Shown: one piece after another, positions 35,235 through 44,834 of the stretch
Layout: the number at the start of each line of letters is the position of its first letter
Numbering within the stretch: the stretch's first letter is position 1
Assembly: GCA_022710485.1 (NCBI GenBank)
Contig: JAKLGU010000001.1
Coordinates: forward strand, 468,315-532,314
Direction: 5' to 3'
DNA: 64,000 bases
Origin: Gemmatimonadota bacterium
GTDB taxonomy: Bacteria > Gemmatimonadota > Gemmatimonadetes > Gemmatimonadales > GWC2-71-9
Position numbers and translations under genes: made by a program
The notes under the pieces: model-generated
What the model saw: the letters and a program-made list of their open reading frames with translations, nothing else
Told to the model about the DNA's origin: nothing
Databases searched by the model: none

Positions 35235-37846
35235 GGCGTCGCCGCCGGCTCCGGGACCAGCGTGATCGTCAAGCGATCGAGCGTTCCGGTGAACGTGAAC
35301 GGCGGATCATACCGATACCGCGCGAGGGCCACGCCGCTCCGGGTGTCCGCCCCGACGTCGAAGCTCTCGTCTTCCGGCAAGGTGACCGGGATGCTGTGTT
35401 CCATGGTGTTCCTGGCCACTTCCTTGCCGTCCACCGACAGCACACCGGTGCCGCCCTTGCCGAGGCCGGGTTCGGTCGGCTTCCAGTCGAAGACGATCGT
35501 GTGATTGCCAGCCCCGAGGGACGGTCCGGTCCAGAAGGTCCGCTCGAGGTCGAGCAGGTTGTAGAGGAAGACCGGCTTGCCGCTTCCCAGGCCGAAGAGT
35601 CGCGTAGCGAGCACCGCGACCAGCCAGAGCGTTCCGAGCCCGAGGCTCACTTTGCCGACGCGCCGCCGGCCGCGCGAGGCCGCCCCGGTCAGCATCAGGA
35701 GCAGGCCGGCCGCGAGCAGGCCGATCCCCACGTTTCGGACCGGCGGGCTCTCGAGCCACCAGCGATAGCTCCTCGTCAGGAAGAGCCCATAGCCACCGAA
35801 CCGTCCGCCGTCGGTCACGATCATCCCTTCCGCCCCGCCGGACGGAATGGTCACTTCGGCCGTGATGGTGTACGCCTTGTTGAGGATGTTCGGCGCGCCG
35901 CTGTTGGGCACGCCGGTGAGCGAACCTGAATAGGTGAACTCGGTGCGGCCGCCGGTCAGGTTCGGGCGCGGCGCATTCCATCGTGCCAGCGTCGAGTTGT
36001 CGAGCGGGAGGACGCCGTACTTGGCCGCCTCCTGATAGAACAACGCCTGCAGTTCCTTGAGCTTGTCCGGCATCTGGGCGGCCAGGTCGTTGGACTGCGT
36101 CGGGTCCTCGTAGACGTTGTACAGCTCCCAGTTGTACCCGGTGATCAGGTCGGGCGGCGTCGCCGAGCTCAGCTCCCACGGCAGCGTGGCAGGCGTCGTG
36201 GCCGCCACCCAGCCGTCGTCGTAAATGGCACGGTTCCCGAGCATCTCGAAGTACTGCGTCGTGCGCCGCGACGGGAGGTCGGCGCCCGCCTTGTCCCAGG
36301 TGTAGGCCATGCTCGTCCCCTGGATGGGGGTCTGCACGATCCCGTCGACCGTGTCGGGCGCGGGGATGCCCGTCGCCTCGAGAATCGTGGGGACGATGTC
36401 GATCACGTGATGGAACTGGCGGCGGATGCCCCCCACGTCGGTGATGTGGCCGGGCCACGACATCGCCACGCCCTGGGCCGTGCCGCCGAAGTGCGACGGC
36501 ACCTGCTTGACCCACTTGAACGGCGTGCCCATGGCCCACGCCCATGGTGCCGCGTAATGGGGAAAGGTCTTGTCAGAGCCCCAGAATGGGTAGAACAGGT
36601 ACTGCGCCTTTATCGGAACCGGGACACCGTTGAACGTGGTGAATTCATTCGGCGTGCCATCGACCATTCCCTCCGCGCTGGCCCCGTTGTCGCCGCTGAT
36701 GTAGATGATGAGCGTATTGTCGAGTTGCCCCAGGTCCTCGACCGCCTGGACCACCCGGCCGATCTCGAAGTCGGTGTACGCCAGGTAGGCCGCGTAGACA
36801 TCCATCTGCCGGACGAAGAGCTTCTTCTTCTCGGGGCTGAGCGAATCCCACGTCGGCAGGGTCGAGGGCCACTCGGTGAGTTGCGCGTTCTCGGGCATGA
36901 TCCCGAGCCGCTTCTGGTTGGCGAAGATCGTGTCCCGGAGGACGTTCCAGCCCTGGTCGAAGAGGTGCATGTCGCTGACCTTCTTGATCCACTCGGGCGT
37001 CGGGTGGTGCGGCGCGTGGGTGCCGCCCGGCACGTAGTAGACCAGCCACGGCTTGCCCGGGGCCACCTCCTTCAGCCGCTTCATGTAGCCGATGGCTTCG
37101 TCGGCCATCGCCGTCGTGAGGTTCCAGCCCGGGTTGTCCTGGAAGGGGTAGATGGCCGTGGTGTTCCGGAACAGGTTCGGCTGCCACTGGCTGGCATCGC
37201 CCCCCACGAAACCGTAGAAGTACTCGAAGCCCATGCCGGTGGGCCACTGGTCGAACGGCCCGGCCTGGGTGGCCTGGAAGAACGGCGTGTTGTGGTTCTT
37301 GCCGAACCACGAGGTGGCGTAGCCGTTCTCGAGGAGAATCCGGCCAATCGAAGCGGAATTCAGCGGGATGTGCGAGTCGTAGCCGGGGTACCCCGTGGCA
37401 ATCTCACCGACCACGCCGAACCCGACACTGTGGTGGTTGCGCCCGGTGATCAGCGCCGCACGGGTCGGCGAGCAGAGCGACGTGGAGTGGAAGTTGGTGT
37501 ACCGCAGGCCGCTGTTGGCGATCCGATCCAGCGCGGGGGTCGGGATGACACCACCGAATGTGCTGGGTGCCCCGAAGCCCTCATCGTCCGTCATGATGAG
37601 CAGCACGTTGGGTGCACCAGCGGGCGGCACGATCCGCGGTGCCCACCACGGAGTGGACTGCGGGGCCGTCTGGTTGATCACCCCGCCGAACTTGGGATCG
37701 GGAGCCGGAAGCCGCTTGCCGCTGATCGTCGTGGTGGCGTGGGGCGATCCGGGCGTGCCGGTGACGACCTGGGCCGAGGCGGGCACCGCGCTGACGAGAA
37801 GCGCGACGAGCAGGGAGGTGACGCGGCCAGCGGGTCTGGTGGACAT
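35231..37846 (-). CDS. large arylsulfatase (formylglycine-type) with an unusual internal two-helix hydrophobic insertion
   Basis: 871 aa with a signal peptide (LLVALLVSAVPASAQ), NVLLIMTDDEGFG, and the sulfatase signature LCSPTRAALITGRNHH. See the finding on the 35582-35776 insertion. Confidence 0.9.
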   Translation of the reverse strand: MSTRPAGRVTSLLVALLVSAVPASAQVVTGTPGSPHATTTISGKRLPAPDPKFGGVINQTAPQSTPWWAPRIVPPAGAPNVLLIMTDDEGFGAPSTFGGVIPTPALDRIANSGLRYTNFHSTSLCSPTRAALITGRNHHSVGFGVVGEIATGYPGYDSHIPLNSASIGRILLENGYATSWFGKNHNTPFFQATQAGPFDQWPTGMGFEYFYGFVGGDASQWQPNLFRNTTAIYPFQDNPGWNLTTAMADEAIGYMKRLKEVAPGKPWLVYYVPGGTHAPHHPTPEWIKKVSDMHLFDQGWNVLRDTIFANQKRLGIMPENAQLTEWPSTLPTWDSLSPEKKKLFVRQMDVYAAYLAYTDFEIGRVVQAVEDLGQLDNTLIIYISGDNGASAEGMVDGTPNEFTTFNGVPVPIKAQYLFYPFWGSDKTFPHYAAPWAWAMGTPFKWVKQVPSHFGGTAQGVAMSWPGHITDVGGIRRQFHHVIDIVPTILEATGIPAPDTVDGIVQTPIQGTSMAYTWDKAGADLPSRRTTQYFEMLGNRAIYDDGWVAATTPATLPWELSSATPPDLITGYNWELYNVYEDPTQSNDLAAQMPDKLKELQALFYQEAAKYGVLPLDNSTLARWNAPRPNLTGGRTEFTYSGSLTGVPNSGAPNILNKAYTITAEVTIPSGGAEGMIVTDGGRFGGYGLFLTRSYRWWLESPPVRNVGIGLLAAGLLLMLTGAASRGRRRVGKVSLGLGTLWLVAVLATRLFGLGSGKPVFLYNLLDLERTFWTGPSLGAGNHTIVFDWKPTEPGLGKGGTGVLSVDGKEVARNTMEHSIPVTLPEDESFDVGADTRSGVALARYRYDPPFTFTGTLDRLTITLVPEPAATP

Positions 37847-38090
37847 GGCAACTCCGGAGCCCAGGGGGAGACGGGTCGAATTCGACCGCGGACGATGTCC
37901 GGAAGCACCGGACTCAACGATGAGAGTATCACAGGGCGAGGCGATCCGCCAATGTCGGGCGAACGACGGTCATGGGCCGCCCTACCCAACCCTTCAAGCC
38001 GCCTTCATCGTATCTTCAAGACGTTGGCGATTATTGGATGAAGCCGGGCAAACGCCTCGCCTGACAGCGACCACCGGAACGGAGAACGTG

Positions 38091-39875
38091 ATGAGAGCAG
38101 TCTGTTGGTCACTCGGCCTTGCGCTAGCCGTGTGCGCGGCCGCACCGGTCGACGCACAATCGACCGCCCCTCGGCGCCCGAATATCGTCCTCATTCTCGG
38201 CGATGATCTCGGGTTTGCCGACCTGGGCATGTTCGGCGGCGAGATCGCGACGCCGAACTTCGACGCGCTGGCCCGCGACGGGCTCCGGTTCACGAACTTC
38301 TACACCCACGCCACCTGCTCGCCAACGCGCTCCATGCTGCTGACCGGCACCGACACCCACCTGAACGGGCTGGGCAACATGGACGAGTGGACGGCCCCCA
38401 ACCAGGTGGGCCAGCCGGGATACGAGGGCAACCTGAACGATCGGGTCGTCACCCTCCCCCAGCTGCTGCAGCGCGCCGGCTATCACACCTACATGGTCGG
38501 CAAGTGGCACATGGGCAAGGCGCCGGACCAGATCCCCGCGGCTCGCGGGTTCGAGCGGGACTTCACCCTCCTCGACGGCGCTGGCAGCTATTGGGACATG
38601 TGGAACTTCACGGCCGCGAGCCCCAGGTCCACCTACACGGAGGATGGGCGATACCTCACGAAATTGCCCAGCGGGTACTACGCGACCCAGACCTATACCG
38701 ACAAGATGATCGGGTACATCGACGCCAACCACGGCGACGGCAAGCCGTTCTTCGCGTATGTCTCGCACCAGGCACCCCACGATCCCCTCCAGCTCCCGGA
38801 CGACTGGCGCAACCGAAACGTCGCGGCCTACGACGCCGGGTGGGACGCTGTGCGCGCCCAGCGCCTCGCCCGCCAGGTGGAGCTGGGCATCATGCCGGCC
38901 GGCACCCAGCTCGCGGAGCGGATGTGGTTCCTGCCGAACCCCACGACCCTGGCGCCAGCCAGCCTGGCGCTCCTCGGCCGGAAGATGGAGCTCTACGCCG
39001 GCATGGTGGAGAACATGGACTTCCACGTCGGCCGCCTGATCCAGCACCTCAAGGACATCGGCGAGTACGACAACACGATTTTCATCGTCTTCGGGGACAA
39101 CGGCGCCGAGGGCACGGACCTGCTCGCGATGATCGCAGGGACGCCGGGCACGCGGGACTTCCTGTTCGCGGCGACGCGCTGGTCGCAGACGGACCCGAAG
39201 GCCTGGGGCGATCCCGGCTCCTACGTCAGCTACGGGCCCGGGTGGGCCCAGGTGTCCATGACCCCCTTCAGCCAGTTCAAGGGGCATCTCGGTGAAGGCG
39301 GTATCCGGAATGCGCTCATCGTCAGCGGCCCGATCGTGAAGCGCACCACGGGCGGCATCGAAAACGGGCTGATGTCCGTGGCTGACATCATGCCCACGCT
39401 GCTGGAGGTCGCGGGTGCCACCTACCCGCGCACCGGCGCGCCCAGCGACCCACCCCCGCTCCTCGGGAAGTCGTGGACCCGGTACCTCGCCGGCGAGGAG
39501 ACTTCCCCGCGCACCTCGCAGGATTACCTCGCGTGGGAGCTGTTCGGCGACCGGGCGATTCGGCAGGGCAGCTGGAAGATCCGGTGGGCATACAAGCCGT
39601 TCGGAACGGAAGGGTGGGAGCTGTTCGACCTCGCGTCCGACCCCGGGGAGCGTCACGACCTGGCCGCCCAGCAGCCGGGGCGGGTCAAGGCGCTCTCGGC
39701 ACTCTGGGACGAGTACGCCGCCGCCAACAACGTCATCCTCCCGAGCCGGTCCCCCTGGGAGGGGCTCGAGGAATCGATGCCGGAGCGATTCCCGGTCGAG
39801 CCAGGCTATCCGCCGCTCCTGTACAAGCGGCAGTTCATGCCCCCCGACAGCATGATGGCGGAGCCGAAGCCATGA
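38091..39875 (+). CDS. arylsulfatase (formylglycine-type)
   Basis: The ATG at 38091 follows GGAGAA. It has a signal peptide (MRAVCWSLGLALAVCAAAPVDAQ), NIVLILGDDLGFAD, and CSPTRSMLLTG. 594 aa. The 826-aa track ORF is an over-extension. Confidence 0.9.
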   Translation: MRAVCWSLGLALAVCAAAPVDAQSTAPRRPNIVLILGDDLGFADLGMFGGEIATPNFDALARDGLRFTNFYTHATCSPTRSMLLTGTDTHLNGLGNMDEWTAPNQVGQPGYEGNLNDRVVTLPQLLQRAGYHTYMVGKWHMGKAPDQIPAARGFERDFTLLDGAGSYWDMWNFTAASPRSTYTEDGRYLTKLPSGYYATQTYTDKMIGYIDANHGDGKPFFAYVSHQAPHDPLQLPDDWRNRNVAAYDAGWDAVRAQRLARQVELGIMPAGTQLAERMWFLPNPTTLAPASLALLGRKMELYAGMVENMDFHVGRLIQHLKDIGEYDNTIFIVFGDNGAEGTDLLAMIAGTPGTRDFLFAATRWSQTDPKAWGDPGSYVSYGPGWAQVSMTPFSQFKGHLGEGGIRNALIVSGPIVKRTTGGIENGLMSVADIMPTLLEVAGATYPRTGAPSDPPPLLGKSWTRYLAGEETSPRTSQDYLAWELFGDRAIRQGSWKIRWAYKPFGTEGWELFDLASDPGERHDLAAQQPGRVKALSALWDEYAAANNVILPSRSPWEGLEESMPERFPVEPGYPPLLYKRQFMPPDSMMAEPKP

Positions 39876-40912
39876 CCGCCATGACCCAACCCACGCGCGC
39901 GGGGGAACAGATGCACTTACGCCAGACGCGATCGCCGCACCGAGTTTCGCCTTGGCTGCTGGCCATGGCGGTCATGGGCCTCCTCGTGTGCGTACCGACA
40001 GGCGCACCTGCACAGGTGCCCGCACGGTTCTACTGGAAGACGCTGTCCGGATCGAGCGCCGTGCCGCTCATCTTCCTTTCCCTGAACGGCAACTCCAATC
40101 CGCTCGACCCCGCGCATCTCGCGCTGCCTGGAGGCGTCGTGGAAGCGACCGTGGCGCCGGTCGGCTACGCACGCACCTTCGTCCTGTTCGATCGGGCGGC
40201 GATGGCCGCCGCACTCATGCCGATGGGCCGGATCTCGGGCGACGTGACCGCGTTCGGCAACACCGTGCACGAAACGGCGAGCGGTTTCGGCGACCCCCTG
40301 CTCGAACTCGACGTCAATGTGGTCGGCAAGAAACCGATTCGGTCCCTCCCCGAGCTCCTTCGGTACGAGCCCGGTTTCTCCCTGGACCTGCTGGTGGACG
40401 TCGCGCTGCCGGTCGGCGAATACGATGCGGAACAGGCCCTGAATCTCGGCCAGAACCGCTGGTACGGCCGCATCGGCGCACCCATCGTCTGGCAACTCGG
40501 TGCTTGGGTCCCGGGCAGGCGCACGACGCTGGAGTTCCTCCCCTCGCTGTGGCTGTTCGGCGACAACAGTGACTACGTGGGGCAGACGCTCGCCACCGAG
40601 CCGCTCTTCGAGCTCGAGGGCCACCTGACGCGCGACCTGACGAAGGACCTCTGGGTGTCGCTGGATGGCACCTGGTACACGGGCGGCACGCCGAGCATCG
40701 ACGGCGTCGAGGGGAGCGCGCTGGACAACCTCGGCCTGGGCTACACGCTCGGGTACACCGTAAACGCGAACATCCAGGCGACCCTCGGGTACGGGGCGAC
40801 CATCAACGACAACGAACCCGGCGACCTGCAAATGGATGGGTTCCGGGCGTCGGTCGTCTTCGGCTGGCATCCGCTGATCGAGGGGGTCAAGCGGCTCGGA
40901 AGTGAGCACTAG
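39872..40912 (+). CDS. outer-membrane beta-barrel transporter-like protein (MetA/phenol-degradation-like family by recollection)
   Basis: The ATG overlaps the sulfatase stop (ATGA). It has a signal peptide (...LLVCVPTGAPAQ) followed by alternating beta-strand-like sequence. The family assignment is tentative. Confidence 0.55.
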   Translation: MTAMTQPTRAGEQMHLRQTRSPHRVSPWLLAMAVMGLLVCVPTGAPAQVPARFYWKTLSGSSAVPLIFLSLNGNSNPLDPAHLALPGGVVEATVAPVGYARTFVLFDRAAMAAALMPMGRISGDVTAFGNTVHETASGFGDPLLELDVNVVGKKPIRSLPELLRYEPGFSLDLLVDVALPVGEYDAEQALNLGQNRWYGRIGAPIVWQLGAWVPGRRTTLEFLPSLWLFGDNSDYVGQTLATEPLFELEGHLTRDLTKDLWVSLDGTWYTGGTPSIDGVEGSALDNLGLGYTLGYTVNANIQATLGYGATINDNEPGDLQMDGFRASVVFGWHPLIEGVKRLGSEH

Positions 40913-40989
40913 CGTCGAGCAGGCCGGGGGCGTGAGGATGCGGGGGCAAGGCAGCGCCGCAGCAGAGCCAGGTGTCGCAGGGAACGTGG

Positions 40990-41075
40990 ATGCCCGGGGT
41001 GGGGATCGAACCCACATGGGGATTGCTCCCCTTGGGATTTTAAGTCCCATGCGTCTGCCAGTTTCGCCACCCGGG
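40990..41075 (-). tRNA. tRNA-Leu (anticodon UAA), class II with long variable arm
   Basis: Folded by hand as GCCCGGG-TG-GCGAAACTGGCAGACGC-A-TGGGA-CTTAAAA-TCCCA-AGGGGAGCAATCCCCAT-GTGGG-TTCGATC-CCCAC-CCCGGGC-A. All stems are Watson-Crick paired. CCA is not encoded. Confidence 0.9.
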
Positions 41076-41121
41076 CGGGTGGGTGGAGCATATCACCAGC
41101 GGCGTCCGGGGGCCACGGGCG

Positions 41122-42270
41122 CTACCCGGCCCGCTCACCCCTGACTCCCCCGGAGGCCCTGGCTGTCCACACCGTCGGGCCCCTGCCCACCTCCCGCCGG
41201 AAATCCGCCGAAACGCCGCTCGTGAGCGACGCCAGCCGATCCGGCGGCGCCATGACCAGCACCGCCCCGCCCCACCCCGCCCCCGTCAGCCGCGCCCCCC
41301 AGGCACCGTGGCGCATGGCGCTCTCCACCAGGCGATCCGCCTCGCCGCAGCTCGACTCGAAGTCGTCGCGGATCGAGCGATGCCCCTCCACGAGATATTC
41401 CCCGAATTTCGGATAGTCGCGGACACTCAACGCCATCGCCGCCGCGCGGGTCCGCGCCGATTCGCGGACCACGTGCGTCAGCCGCCGGTGGAGCACAGCC
41501 GGCATGGCCGCGCGAAGGCGTTCGAGCTCCGATTCGGGGACACCGGCAAGGTCCACCGCCTCCACCCCCGCCACGCGGCAGGCCGCCAGCGCCGCGCGGC
41601 ACTCGCCGCGCCGCCGATTGTACTCGCCATCCGCCAGCCGATGCGCCACGCCCGTCTCGAACACCAGCACCGGCTGGTCGAACGGAATTGGGGTGACAGA
41701 CCCCTCGGCAGTCTCGATCAGCGCCGCGTGGCGGGCGGCGGCGTGCACCACGATCATCTGGTCCATCCGCCCGCACTGTACTCCGACCACGTCGTGCTCG
41801 GCGTGGAACGCCACCTCCACCAGCGCTTCCCGCGACAGGCGCCGCCCCGCCAGGTGCGACACCGCCCGGGCCGCGGCCACCGAGAGCGCCGCCGAGGACG
41901 ACAGCCCCGCGCCGGCGGGCACCGTGCTGGCCACCGCGATGCGTCCACCCGGGGGTGCGGCGCGCATCCCGTCGAGCACCCGGATGACGCCGGCGAGGTA
42001 ATCGGTCCAGCGACCCTCGGGCGCGGCAGTCGGATCGAACGACACCACTGCGCTGTCCACTCCGGAGACGGCCTGCCAGCCCTCGCCGGGCCCCGCGAGG
42101 ACCACGGTCCGCTGCGGCAACGCAAACGGAAGCACGGGCCCGCCGTTGTAGTCGGTGTGTTCGCCGAGCAGGTTGACGCGGCCCGGCGCCGAGGCGCCTG
42201 CCGCGGGGCGACTGGCAAAGGAGGCCTCGAAGAGCGAACTTGCGAGCCGCAGGGGAGAGGTCGGAGGCAC
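41122..42270 (-). CDS. galK: galactokinase (GHMP kinase)
   Basis: 382 aa, ...APGRVNLLGEHTDYNGGPVLPFAL... and the GHMP motif PAGAGLSSSAAL. Confidence 0.85.
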   Translation of the reverse strand: MPPTSPLRLASSLFEASFASRPAAGASAPGRVNLLGEHTDYNGGPVLPFALPQRTVVLAGPGEGWQAVSGVDSAVVSFDPTAAPEGRWTDYLAGVIRVLDGMRAAPPGGRIAVASTVPAGAGLSSSAALSVAAARAVSHLAGRRLSREALVEVAFHAEHDVVGVQCGRMDQMIVVHAAARHAALIETAEGSVTPIPFDQPVLVFETGVAHRLADGEYNRRRGECRAALAACRVAGVEAVDLAGVPESELERLRAAMPAVLHRRLTHVVRESARTRAAAMALSVRDYPKFGEYLVEGHRSIRDDFESSCGEADRLVESAMRHGAWGARLTGAGWGGAVLVMAPPDRLASLTSGVSADFRREVGRGPTVWTARASGGVRGERAG

Positions 42271-42296
42271 ACCGAGAGAGTACCGCCGGAGGGTGA

Positions 42297-43871
42297 TTGA
42301 GGCAATGCATTCAGGGGGTCGCGCTGGCGATCCTGGTGGCGACCCCAGCGGCGGCGCAACTGCCGGCGATCGGCGCGCCGCGCGGCTTCGTCCGCTTCGA
42401 GATCGGCGGCGACTGGGCCAACACCACCAACCAGCTCTTCAACGGTGCGGACCAGCCGTACCGTGCCGAATTCTCCACCCCGCTCATCGGCTCCGCGTTC
42501 TACCCGGAACTCTCCCAGACCCAGGCTCGGATCGCCCAGCTGAGCGGCATCGGCGGCTACACGCTGAGCGTGGGCGGAGCCACGATGGTCGCGCAGGCCA
42601 GCGTCGGAACCCTCCGGCTCGGAGCCACGATCGGCCTCACCTCGAAGCTCAGCATCTTCGGGATGGTGCCGGTGGTGCGGCAGCAGGTGCAGGTCAATTA
42701 CGGCTACGACAGCACGGGCGCCAACGCGGGCTACAACCCCGCCGACCCGGTGTTCGGAAGCGCCGCGGGCGCCGACTCCGTGAACGCCTTCCTCCTCGAG
42801 TACAAGACGGCGCTCGACACCCTGAGCGCGCGCATCGCTGGTGGATACTACGTCGATCCCGACAGCCTCGCCCTGGCCGAAGCGACCCTCGCCAGCGGGG
42901 CGGCCTATTACGCCGGACTCGACTCGCTATTCGTCGTCTCGGGCGCGGCCGGCAGCTTCGTCCCGCTGGCCTCGAGCAGCGCCGGCCAGGCGATGGCCGG
43001 CGAAATCTCGAACGTGCAGACCGCCATGGCGGCGCTCTCGATCAGTTCCTTCACGCAGCCGCTGCCCCTCCCCGCCGGCGCCCTGTCGCCCTCGGAATAC
43101 AACACGTACCTCACGACTCCCGCCGGCTCCATCGGCGCGACACCCTTCGCGACCGAGACCTCGTTCCTCCTTGGTGACATGGAGTTCGGGGCGTCGTACA
43201 CGATCATCGACCGCTGGAACCGGCCGGAGCAACCGGGCGGTCTCCGCGTCGTGGCGCAGGGGCTGGTGCGGCTCCCGACCGGGTACCAGCCGCTCCCGAA
43301 CGACTTCGTCAGCCTCCCCACAGGTGGCGGGCAGACCGACATCCAGGCCTCGGTGGTCGCGGATGTCGGCGGAGGGCGATTCGGCGCGCGGCTGGCCGGC
43401 AGCTACAACGACCAGCTCTCGACCACGGCGGACCGCCGGGTGACGCTGCCCTCGCAGCCGATCCCCTGGAGCAACCGGCTGGCCACGGTCTCCCAGGATC
43501 CAGGCGACGAATTCACGCTCAGCGCCCTGCCCTACTTCCAGCTGGTGCCCGGTTTTGCCGTCGTGGGTGTCCTGCGGTACTGGTCGCACGGGGCCGATGC
43601 GGTGGAGTACGCCTCCGCCGCCGACGCGATCCCCGGCGTGAGCGCCAGCGAACTCGCGACCGATACCGAACGCAGCGCCACGATCGTGGGCGGCGGGCTC
43701 AGCTGGGCGCCGAGCCAGGTCGGCACGCGGACGGGGACAAAGTACCCGGTGGACGCGTTCTGGCTCTATGAAGCGGTGGTGTCAGGGAGCGGCGGGGTGG
43801 TGCCGAAGGCGGGGACGATGCGGATGGGGTTCCGGTGGCCGTTCAGGTTCTGGGGATCGACCAGCGAGTAG
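42297..43871 (+). CDS. hypothetical outer-membrane protein (signal peptide, beta-rich, C-terminal aromatic)
   Basis: 524 aa. A TTG start follows GGAGGG. It has a signal peptide (GVALAILVATPAAAQ) and ends ...FRWPFRFWGSTSE. No family recognised. Confidence 0.5.
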   Translation: MRQCIQGVALAILVATPAAAQLPAIGAPRGFVRFEIGGDWANTTNQLFNGADQPYRAEFSTPLIGSAFYPELSQTQARIAQLSGIGGYTLSVGGATMVAQASVGTLRLGATIGLTSKLSIFGMVPVVRQQVQVNYGYDSTGANAGYNPADPVFGSAAGADSVNAFLLEYKTALDTLSARIAGGYYVDPDSLALAEATLASGAAYYAGLDSLFVVSGAAGSFVPLASSSAGQAMAGEISNVQTAMAALSISSFTQPLPLPAGALSPSEYNTYLTTPAGSIGATPFATETSFLLGDMEFGASYTIIDRWNRPEQPGGLRVVAQGLVRLPTGYQPLPNDFVSLPTGGGQTDIQASVVADVGGGRFGARLAGSYNDQLSTTADRRVTLPSQPIPWSNRLATVSQDPGDEFTLSALPYFQLVPGFAVVGVLRYWSHGADAVEYASAADAIPGVSASELATDTERSATIVGGGLSWAPSQVGTRTGTKYPVDAFWLYEAVVSGSGGVVPKAGTMRMGFRWPFRFWGSTSE

Positions 43872-43888
43872 TTAGGGACGCACCGCGA

Positions 43889-44803
43889 TCAGTTTCGCCA
43901 CGAAGCAAACCAAAGCCAGAGCCCGGTTGCCACAGTACGCGCACCGGTCCCATCCGGGTGCATGACCAGCAAATCGTTGCCGGTTACGATGGCAAGCAGC
44001 GAGTCCCGGGGTCCCCACGAGCTTGACGGCCAGTCCTCCCCACCGGAAAACACCACCTGGACCGGCCCGCTGCCATCGGTCCGGAGCCGGTGTACCTCTC
44101 CGTCCAACCCAACCGTCAACCACCGACCATCCTGGGACCAGGCCAACGAGACCGGCACCACGTCCAAGGTTGCGACCGGCCTGGCGAAACCATCGGAGAG
44201 CCGCCTGGTCCAGACGCGAATATCCTGCGGCTGCCCCGTGATCTGGGAAGTGAAATGGCTCACGTACGCCAGCGTGCGACCATCCCGGGACCAAGCCGGC
44301 AGGGCCAATACTGGGCCCAGCGAGTCAAAGTAGATTTTCGTCCATTCGGCGCCACCTTCCACCTTGGCCAGGTTCAGGAAGCCACGCGTGAACCATGCGA
44401 AAGTGGTCCCGTCGGGCGAGAGCGCCGGGCCAGGATAGCCGGGCACGCTGTCCGGATAGGGGGCGATCGAAAGCGGCGCGCCGAAGGGATCCACGGTCAT
44501 GATCGAATCGCCTGACAGCACCTTGATCCGCTTCCCATCCGGTGAAATCCACGGGGGAAATCCCACATCGATCGGGTGGATGGCAAGCACCGAGTCCGGG
44601 ATGACCGATACGGGAGCGCTTCCGTCCAAGGCGACTCCAAACAGCCTCGGGATGGAACGAGTGTAAGGGTAGGCTCCCGGACTATGGGCGATGTAGTAAA
44701 GCTGCCGGGGGACGGTGTCGGTGGGCTCGGTCGAATCGGAGCACCCGGCCGCCGACAGGGCGGCGATGGTCAGCGCGAGAGTGCTCCGCAACGTCATCTG
44801 CAT
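43889..44803 (-). CDS. lipoprotein with TolB/PD40-like beta-propeller repeats
   Basis: The start MQMTLRSTLALTIAALSAAGC carries a lipobox. It has repeated ...SPDG...SRDGR.../WSQDGRWL motifs. The 410-aa track ORF over-extends upstream into recN. Confidence 0.6.
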   Translation of the reverse strand: MQMTLRSTLALTIAALSAAGCSDSTEPTDTVPRQLYYIAHSPGAYPYTRSIPRLFGVALDGSAPVSVIPDSVLAIHPIDVGFPPWISPDGKRIKVLSGDSIMTVDPFGAPLSIAPYPDSVPGYPGPALSPDGTTFAWFTRGFLNLAKVEGGAEWTKIYFDSLGPVLALPAWSRDGRTLAYVSHFTSQITGQPQDIRVWTRRLSDGFARPVATLDVVPVSLAWSQDGRWLTVGLDGEVHRLRTDGSGPVQVVFSGGEDWPSSSWGPRDSLLAIVTGNDLLVMHPDGTGARTVATGLWLWFASWRN

Positions 44804-44834
44804 GGACCAGAGATAGGACAGCGGCGCCGGAGTG

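Noticed and set aside
40909-41091. 60-aa minus-strand ORF.
   Set aside because: It coincides with the tRNA-Leu gene (40990-41075), so the ORF is an artefact.
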